Below are positions 56,711-64,000 of a stretch of DNA of 64,000 bases, piece by piece. The notes under the pieces are model-generated. The model did not search any database, was not told where the DNA came from, and saw only the letters and a list, made by a program, of their open reading frames with translations. Position numbers and translations under genes: made by a program. The DNA is from Escherichia coli. GTDB lineage: Bacteria; Pseudomonadota; Gammaproteobacteria; Enterobacterales; Enterobacteriaceae. The first letter of the stretch is position 1. Every line of letters starts with the position of its first letter. The stretch lies in NCBI RefSeq assembly GCF_044324785.1, contig NZ_CP172127.1; one strand, written 5' to 3'.

Positions 56711-59700
56711 TTACTTATTTAGCGTCGCCCGAATAATCGGCCCAATTTTTTCAAACGCCACCGGAGAGATAATATCCACATGCGCACAATCCTGACGATA
56801 GATATCCAGCTCATCAATCCACGGTGCCCAGGCCTGTTCAGGACTCATACCTTCCTGAAGCGTGCGTTCGGCAACAAATAGCGTCGCTTTACCATCAAAC
56901 GGTACGCTATGAGCTGTCGTCAGCAGGCGCACAGCATCAGCGTAGTTGCCTTCAATGGTGGAAAACAATTCCGTGGAAGTACTTCCCTGCTGTGCCGCCA
57001 GGAAGGCTTCGCGCTCGCGGTTAATCTCCGCCAGCACTTCCGGGTCCAGACCATTAGCCTCTTTTTCCTGCCAGTTTTGCGTTTCTGGCGGCCAGGTATC
57101 CAGCAAGCCAAGAAATGCCACCTGTTCGCCACGGGCACGCAGTCGCGCCGCAATGCCCTGCGCCAGCGTACCGCCAAGTGAATAACCCAGCAGGTAATAA
57201 GGACCGTGCGGTTGTTGTTCAAGTAACGTTGCCAGATGCGCTTCGCAGACTTCATCCAGGTTTGCCGCCGTCTGCATGGGGCCATGAGGGCGCGGCGACT
57301 GAATGCCGATAATCGACCATTGTGGATCGAGATAACGCGAAAGCACGCTAAACTGCCAGGCAAAACCGGATGCCGGATGGAAACAAAACAGCGTCGGGCC
57401 ATTACCTTCACGCAACGTCAGAATGGTTTCGAATCCCATGCGCTGGGTGCTGTCTTCTTCACCATCAATAATCGTTGCCAGTTTGGCGACAGTTGACGCG
57501 ACCATCACCTGCCCCGGCGTCACCTGACGAGCAAACTGTCGACTTAACTGCGCTGCCAGTTTCATTGCCAGTAGCGAATGACCACCAAGCGCGAAGAAGT
57601 CAGCATCGGCATCCTGCACGTCACAACCCAGCAACGACGCGAATGCCGCAGCGATAATCGTTTCACTGCCCGCTTTCGGCGCACACCCCGGCGCTTGTGC
57701 TTTCAGTTCAGGCAACGGTAAGGCTTTGCGATCCAGCTTGCCGTTGGCGCTAAGAGGTAACTGTGGAAGTTGCAGCAGAACCACTGGCACCATATGTGGT
57801 GGCAATGTTTCGCGAAGCTGCGCCTGTAATGCGCTGGTATCCAACGGCAGGCCCGATTGCGACACCAGATAGCCCACCAACTGACGCGCATCACCACCAG
57901 TGGCTGCCGCCTGGTTAATCACACAGGCGTGGGTAACGGCTTGTTCGACATCCGGCAGCGCCTGCATCACGCGATCAATTTCGCCTAGTTCGATACGCTG
58001 CCCGCGAATTTTTAGCTGATCGTCACTGCGCCCGAGGTACTCCACTGCGCCGTTATCCAGCCAGCGGGCCACATCGCCGGTACGGTACATCCGTTCACCT
58101 GGGGCAAAAGGATCGGCAATAAAGCGGCTGGCGGTCAGATCGGGTCGTCCAAGATACCCCTGCGCCAGTTGAATACCGGTGAGATAGAGATCTCCCGCCA
58201 CACCCGGCGGCACCGGATGCATCATCGCATCAAGAATACGCAGGCCCGTATTCCACACCGGATAACCAATCGGCACACTGCTGCCGCGCACCTGTGCCAG
58301 TTCCTCGCCAAAAGCCGGATACCAGCTGACATCTACCGCCGCTTCCGTCGGGCCATATAGATTATGCAACGGCGCGCCGGTTAACTGTTGCCATTCGCGG
58401 CATAAATCAGCGGGTAAGGCCTCACCACTACAGAAAACCTGTTTCAACGTCGCGCAATTCTGGCGAGCGGTTTGCGGAGTCAGCGATGCAACAAATGCCG
58501 CCAGCATTGAGGGAACAAAGTGCGTGGTCGTTACACCATATTCGGCAAAGAATTGCTGCATAGCGAGCGGGTCGCGGTGCGCTTCCGGTTCAGCCATCAC
58601 CAGTTTAGCCCCGGCAATAAACGGCCAGAAAAACTCCCACACCGAGACATCAAAACTGCACGGCGTTTTTTGGGCAACGACATCTTCGCCTGTAAGCGGA
58701 TAATGATTTTGCATCCAAAGCAGGCGGTTAACGATAGCCGTCTGCCCGACCATTACCCCTTTCGGCCTGCCGGTGGAGCCAGAGGTAAAGATGATATAGG
58801 CCGTGTGGTGCGGTTGTGAAAGTTTCAGCGGCGCACTGCCCTGTGGGGTAAGCGGGGCGTTATAGCAAAGGCTGGTTAAATCTGGAACATCGGCAAAGCG
58901 CGGCAGTTGATCGTCGGTGGTGATTAACAGCGACGGACGCGCATCTTCCAGCATCATTTTCAGGCGATCGTCCGGATAGCCGGTATCCAGCGGTAACCAG
59001 GCCGCACCAGCCTCAACAATTGCATGTAGCGCCAGAGTCAAAAAGACCGAGCGCGGTAGCGCCACCGCCACGCTGTCGCCTGGTTTAACGCCGCGCTCAC
59101 GCAGCAGATTCGCCAGCGCCACCACCTGCTCGCGCATTTCCCGATAGCTGAACTGGTAACGCGCATCTGCCAGCGCCGGAGCATCCGGTGTTTTTGCCGC
59201 TTGTTCTGCCACCAGCGCGCTAAGCGTGGTTTCTGGAATCTCAACCTGAGTGGCGTTGATATGCGCTAACTGCGCATACTCACCTGGCAGCATAATATCG
59301 ACATCGCCGCACAACAGCGCCGGATCCGCGGCGAACTGGGCAATCAGCATTTTCAGGCGTTCAGCGTGTTGAATTAACGTTGGCTCAGCGTAACGCTGTT
59401 TATTGGCGAGGATCTCAATACTCAAATCACCGTGTTCATCCGGGAACAGGGCCAGTTCAAGGTCATTAACCGGACCGGTTGCCAGGGTATGGGTTTGCGT
59501 CTGAACACCAGGAATATCCAGTTGGTAATCAAATACCTTGATATTGAGTACCGGACCAAACAGCGGTTCATCATCTGCCGCTCGCCCGCTGTCACGGACA
59601 ATTTGTTCGGCATCGTAACGTTGATGACGACGCATTTTTTTCAGTTGTGCTGCCAGTCGGGTTGCCAGTTGCGGCAGCGTTTCTTGCACCGCAATGTGAA

Positions 59701-60592
59701 TCCCCAGCGGCAAAACGTTGAGCACGGGTCCGGTAGCCGTCAGCGCCGCCGAGCCCAGTCGACGCATAAAGATAAATCCGGCGGCGTAGTCCATGCGATT
59801 GCACAATCGCCCCAGCCACAAAGCCGTCAGCGCAAGGGCTAAATCGGTACGCTGCACTCCTGAAAGTTGCATAGCCAGCTGGCGGAATTCCCCGTCGGTA
59901 AACTCCAGTTTCAGGCGCAAAATATCTGCCGAAGCGCTGCGCCCCGGTAAAGGTGCCGGAGAAAGTGACGCGGGCGGTGGCAGTTGACGACGCTGTTCCG
60001 CCCAGAATGCCGCATCACGCTGCCAGGCTTCGCTTTCGCGGTATTGCTGGTACTCTTCCACTACATCAGCGAAAGGCGTAAACGGCGAAGCAGGCGTTGG
60101 TTCGCCACGCAGCAATGCGCAGTAAATATTGGCGATCTGGCGTGTAATGGCCGGGAAACTGAAGCCATCGACCAGCAAATGGTGATAACGCTGATACCAG
60201 TACCAGCGGTTATCCGCCACCTGTATCAGCTGATGAAAGACCAGTGGTTTACCACTATCGACGCGCAAATCTTGTTGCAAATCCGCCTGCATTAATGCCC
60301 GCGCAGTACCGTGCGGATCAATGTTGGTTCGCAGGTCGATAATTTCTGGCAATTCGAACGTCTGCGCATCATCGACCCACTGCCAGACTTCGCCGTTATC
60401 TTCCGTAAAACGCATCCGCAACGTATCTGCTTGCGCTAGTCCGGCAACCACCGCGCGGGCCAGTAATGGCGCATCAACCTCTCCGGTTAACTCAACGTAA
60501 TGCGCCACGCTCCAGGCGGAGGGTAAATCCGACAGTTTTTCTGCCATCCAGATGCCGGGCTGTGCGGCGACCAAAGGTAAATGCTGGCTCAT
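56711..60592 (-). CDS. entF: Enterobactin NRPS EntF (C-A-PCP-TE, serine-activating)
   Basis: 1293 aa; PCP motif LGGHSL; thioesterase GYSLGG. Confidence 0.96.
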   Translation of the reverse strand: MSQHLPLVAAQPGIWMAEKLSDLPSAWSVAHYVELTGEVDAPLLARAVVAGLAQADTLRMRFTEDNGEVWQWVDDAQTFELPEIIDLRTNIDPHGTARALMQADLQQDLRVDSGKPLVFHQLIQVADNRWYWYQRYHHLLVDGFSFPAITRQIANIYCALLRGEPTPASPFTPFADVVEEYQQYRESEAWQRDAAFWAEQRRQLPPPASLSPAPLPGRSASADILRLKLEFTDGEFRQLAMQLSGVQRTDLALALTALWLGRLCNRMDYAAGFIFMRRLGSAALTATGPVLNVLPLGIHIAVQETLPQLATRLAAQLKKMRRHQRYDAEQIVRDSGRAADDEPLFGPVLNIKVFDYQLDIPGVQTQTHTLATGPVNDLELALFPDEHGDLSIEILANKQRYAEPTLIQHAERLKMLIAQFAADPALLCGDVDIMLPGEYAQLAHINATQVEIPETTLSALVAEQAAKTPDAPALADARYQFSYREMREQVVALANLLRERGVKPGDSVAVALPRSVFLTLALHAIVEAGAAWLPLDTGYPDDRLKMMLEDARPSLLITTDDQLPRFADVPDLTSLCYNAPLTPQGSAPLKLSQPHHTAYIIFTSGSTGRPKGVMVGQTAIVNRLLWMQNHYPLTGEDVVAQKTPCSFDVSVWEFFWPFIAGAKLVMAEPEAHRDPLAMQQFFAEYGVTTTHFVPSMLAAFVASLTPQTARQNCATLKQVFCSGEALPADLCREWQQLTGAPLHNLYGPTEAAVDVSWYPAFGEELAQVRGSSVPIGYPVWNTGLRILDAMMHPVPPGVAGDLYLTGIQLAQGYLGRPDLTASRFIADPFAPGERMYRTGDVARWLDNGAVEYLGRSDDQLKIRGQRIELGEIDRVMQALPDVEQAVTHACVINQAAATGGDARQLVGYLVSQSGLPLDTSALQAQLRETLPPHMVPVVLLQLPQLPLSANGKLDRKALPLPELKAQAPGCAPKAGSETIIAAAFASLLGCDVQDADADFFALGGHSLLAMKLAAQLSRQFARQVTPGQVMVASTVAKLATIIDGEEDSTQRMGFETILTLREGNGPTLFCFHPASGFAWQFSVLSRYLDPQWSIIGIQSPRPHGPMQTAANLDEVCEAHLATLLEQQPHGPYYLLGYSLGGTLAQGIAARLRARGEQVAFLGLLDTWPPETQNWQEKEANGLDPEVLAEINREREAFLAAQQGSTSTELFSTIEGNYADAVRLLTTAHSVPFDGKATLFVAERTLQEGMSPEQAWAPWIDELDIYRQDCAHVDIISPVAFEKIGPIIRATLNK

Positions 60593-60807
60593 TGTGCCTC
60601 CTGCAACTGGGTGAAATTCGCCGGTGTCAGAGTACGCCAGTGGGCTTCAAGCCACTGCTGGCAGGACGCCTGTGACTGCGGCTGACACACAACGTCCCAG
60701 CCTGCCGGTAAGGCGCATTGTTGCGGCCACAGACTGAATTGCCCCTGCGCATTGCGCAAAATGTAAAACACGCCCTGCGGATCATCGAAGGGATTACTGA
60801 ATGCCAT
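60589..60807 (-). CDS. ybdZ: MbtH-like protein YbdZ
   Basis: ORF track trimmed to MAFSNPFDDPQG (72 aa); Trp-rich MbtH signature; 4-nt overlap with entF. Confidence 0.92.
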   Translation of the reverse strand: MAFSNPFDDPQGVFYILRNAQGQFSLWPQQCALPAGWDVVCQPQSQASCQQWLEAHWRTLTPANFTQLQEAQ

Positions 60808-60809
60808 AT

Positions 60810-62012
60810 TCAACTCCTGTCATGGAAAAGTGGTTGCCAGAGGTCGATTAGCCCCTGCATCAAGCCACCGCGCCAACAAAGCGCATCATGTCCGCCGTCA
60901 ACCTGACGCCAGAAAATGGATTCTTTTATGGGGTGTAATTGCGCATACAGCGCCTGATTGGCCCGCATGATCATCGGCTCGCGAATACCCGCTTCCAGCA
61001 CAATGCGCAGACCTTCGGCGCTAACTTCACCAGCTTTAAGTTGCTCAAGTAAAACACCTTCTTGCTGCCCGCCCCGATGCGGCCACCAGTACGATCCTGA
61101 CTGGCTTAATACACAGCCAAAGCGTTCAGGCCAGTGCAGTCCGGCATACAGCGCGGAAAGCCCACCAAAACTCTGCCCGGCGACCACGGTGCGATCGGCG
61201 CGATCGCTAAAAGGGGCAATAGCTTTCACCAGGGGTAATAACTCTTGCTGTACTGCCAGCCAGAAATCCGCATTACACGGCAGTTCGTGGGCGCGGTGCG
61301 TGGTGTCGATAGCGTCGATCAACACATACACGGCGGGAGGAAGTTGCCGACGATGGGTCAGCGAAGTCAGCGCAGGCCAGACGGGCATACTCTGCGCCCA
61401 AAATTCGCCATCAAGCAAAACTGCCAGCGGGCGTTCTTCTGCTGTTGCATCGCCGGTGGTAAAAATCCATACACGGCGTGAATTTTTCAGCCGCTCACTT
61501 TTCCAGATAATTTCTTTGGCAGGCGTTTCTGGCGCTTGCGGACAATCCCATCCCGGTTGCAGAGGCGCTTGCGGCATTTCGAGTGCAGAAACAGCGTGCC
61601 CTCGCCCGCCTTTCCAGCTTTGTGGATTCAGCGGATCGGCTATCGCCTGGGGTAATAGTTTTCGCCAGCCTTCGCGTAATTCGAGGCGATCGGGGGATGG
61701 TGCAGAAAAAATGTCATCGCGTTCAGTAGGAATAAAGCAGTAGCTGCCGCGCCAGTTGGCATTGAGTTGTGTCGTCCACTGCCAAACATCGGTTCCTGCA
61801 ATTCGCTGCATCGACTGGGGCTGGCTGTTCTGATGGTGATCGGTCACACCAGTGATGTAGACCCATACCCGCTTTATCGTCGAGTATTCTTCAGAACCTT
61901 GGGGATCACGCCACCAGAAAGTGACCTCAAACATTTCGTCATTCAGACGCTGCCATTCCGGGCCATGTTTCGACTGCCACCAGCTCTCACTTCCTACTTT
62001 TAACGCCGTCAC
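60810..62012 (-). CDS. fes: Enterochelin esterase Fes
   Basis: 400 aa ORF; serine hydrolase motif GQSFGG; the true start may be an internal Met. Confidence 0.93.
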   Translation of the reverse strand: MTALKVGSESWWQSKHGPEWQRLNDEMFEVTFWWRDPQGSEEYSTIKRVWVYITGVTDHHQNSQPQSMQRIAGTDVWQWTTQLNANWRGSYCFIPTERDDIFSAPSPDRLELREGWRKLLPQAIADPLNPQSWKGGRGHAVSALEMPQAPLQPGWDCPQAPETPAKEIIWKSERLKNSRRVWIFTTGDATAEERPLAVLLDGEFWAQSMPVWPALTSLTHRRQLPPAVYVLIDAIDTTHRAHELPCNADFWLAVQQELLPLVKAIAPFSDRADRTVVAGQSFGGLSALYAGLHWPERFGCVLSQSGSYWWPHRGGQQEGVLLEQLKAGEVSAEGLRIVLEAGIREPMIMRANQALYAQLHPIKESIFWRQVDGGHDALCWRGGLMQGLIDLWQPLFHDRS

Positions 62013-62059
62013 ACCATAACCCCATGTTTACTGTGCAATTTTTCATTGATTGCAGAAAT

Positions 62060-62090
62060 ATATTGATAATATTATTGATAACTATTTGCA
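62060..62090. promoter_or_regulatory. Fur box in the divergent fes / fepA promoter
   Basis: TGATAATATTATTGATAACTATTTGC. Confidence 0.8.
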
Positions 62091-62253
62091 TTTGCAATAG
62101 CGTAATGGCGCGCCGTGGGAAGCGCGGACATTAATTAACCAACTGCACTGCGTGTCTTTCAGGATCAAAGGTTTTCGCGGTAGCGGGGTGCGTCGTATTG
62201 ATGACGACCATGCCCGACAGTTGCAATTCGTGGCAAAAATGCAGGAATAAAAC

Positions 62254-64000
62254 AATGAACAAGAAGATTCATTCCCTGGCCTTGTTGGTCAATCTGGGGA
62301 TTTATGGGGTAGCGCAGGCACAAGAGCCGACCGATACTCCTGTTTCACATGACGATACTATTGTCGTTACCGCCGCCGAGCAGAACTTACAGGCGCCTGG
62401 CGTTTCGACCATCACCGCAGATGAAATCCGCAAAAACCCCGTTGCCCGCGATGTGTCGGAGATCATCCGTACCATGCCAGGCGTTAACCTGACCGGTAAC
62501 TCCACCAGTGGTCAGCGTGGTAATAACCGCCAGATTGATATTCGCGGCATGGGTCCGGAAAACACGTTGATTTTGATTGACGGCAAACCGGTCAGCAGCC
62601 GTAACTCGGTACGTCAGGGCTGGCGTGGCGAGCGCGATACCCGTGGTGATACCTCCTGGGTGCCACCTGAAATGATTGAACGTATTGAAGTTCTGCGTGG
62701 TCCGGCAGCTGCGCGTTATGGCAACGGCGCAGCGGGCGGCGTGGTTAACATCATTACCAAAAAAGGCAGCGGCGAGTGGCACGGCTCCTGGGACGCATAT
62801 TTCAATGCGCCAGAACATAAAGAGGAAGGTGCCACCAAACGCACTAACTTTAGCCTGACCGGTCCGCTGGGCGACGAATTCAGCTTCCGCTTGTATGGCA
62901 ACCTCGACAAAACTCAGGCTGACGCGTGGGATATCAACCAGGGCCATCAGTCCGCGCGTGCCGGAACGTATGCCACGACGTTACCAGCCGGGCGCGAAGG
63001 GGTGATCAATAAAGATATTAACGGCGTGGTGCGCTGGGACTTCGCACCATTGCAATCGCTGGAACTGGAAGCGGGTTACAGCCGCCAGGGTAACCTGTAT
63101 GCGGGCGATACCCAGAACACCAACTCTGACGCTTACACTCGCTCGAAATATGGCGATGAAACCAACCGCCTGTATCGCCAGAACTACTCGCTGACCTGGA
63201 ACGGTGGCTGGGATAACGGCGTGACCACCAGCAACTGGGTGCAGTACGAACACACCCGTAACTCGCGTATTCCGGAAGGTCTGGCGGGCGGTACCGAAGG
63301 GAAATTTAACGAAAAAGCGACACAGGATTTCGTCGATATCGATCTTGATGACGTGATGCTGCACAGCGAAGTTAACCTGCCGATTGATTTCCTCGTTAAC
63401 CAGACGCTGACGCTGGGTACGGAGTGGAATCAGCAGCGGATGAAGGACTTAAGTTCCAACACCCAGGCACTGACCGGAACGAATACCGGTGGCGCTATTG
63501 ATGGCGTGAGTGCCACCGACCGTAGCCCGTATTCAAAAGCAGAAATTTTCTCGCTGTTTGCCGAAAACAACATGGAGCTGACTGACAGCACCATCGTAAC
63601 GCCGGGGCTGCGTTTCGATCATCACAGTATTGTCGGCAATAACTGGAGCCCGGCGCTGAACATATCGCAAGGTTTAGGCGATGACTTCACGCTGAAAATG
63701 GGCATCGCCCGTGCTTATAAAGCGCCGAGCCTGTACCAGACTAACCCGAACTACATTCTCTACAGTAAAGGTCAGGGCTGCTATGCCAGCGCGGGCGGCT
63801 GCTATCTGCAAGGTAATGATGACCTGAAAGCAGAAACCAGCATCAACAAAGAGATTGGTCTGGAGTTCAAACGCGACGGCTGGCTGGCGGGCGTCACCTG
63901 GTTCCGTAACGATTATCGCAATAAGATTGAAGCGGGCTATGTGGCTGTAGGGCAAAACGCAGTCGGCACCGATCTCTATCAGTGGGATAACGTGCCGAAA
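62254..64000 (+). CDS. fepA: Ferric enterobactin TonB-dependent outer-membrane receptor FepA, 3'-truncated by the window edge
   Basis: Hand translation from the ATG: MNKKIHSLALLVNLGIYGVAQAQEP...; TonB box DTIVVTA; open to the window end, so absent from the ORF track. Confidence 0.93.

Overview
This window is a contiguous stretch of Escherichia coli-type core chromosome, co-linear with the K-12 interval ybeQ to fepA but in reverse orientation. All gene identifications come from reading the supplied ORF translations against protein families I recognise; no database search was run. Gene order is: ybeQ (partial), ybeL, the leuS-lptE-holA-nadD-cobC operon, rsfS-rlmH-mrdA-mrdB-rlpA, dacA, ybeD, lipB, ybeF, lipA, tatE, ybeM, crcB, cspE, pagP, dcuC, dpiAB, citCDEFXG-citT, rna, rnk, uspG, ahpCF, dsbG, ybdO-ybdN-ybdM, ybdL, ybdH, ybdD-cstA, and the enterobactin cluster entH-entA-entB-entE-entC / fepB / entS / fepDGC / fepE / entF-ybdZ-fes / fepA (partial). 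I found no rRNA, tRNA, CRISPR array, IS element, integrase or prophage; every intergenic gap is under 600 bp, so no inserted island is present. The window is therefore largely ordinary, well-characterised core genome and I see no clear-cut novel system. The observations most worth a second look are the poorly understood ybdO-ybdN-ybdM module (PP-loop PAPS-reductase-like protein plus ParB-like protein), a compact rnk-uspG spacer that appears to lack ybdR and carries an unlisted 29-codon hydrophobic ORF, a CRP-like site plus strong hairpin just upstream of rnk, and a structured repeat between ybdD and cstA. Long antisense ORFs in the track are judged to be artefacts.
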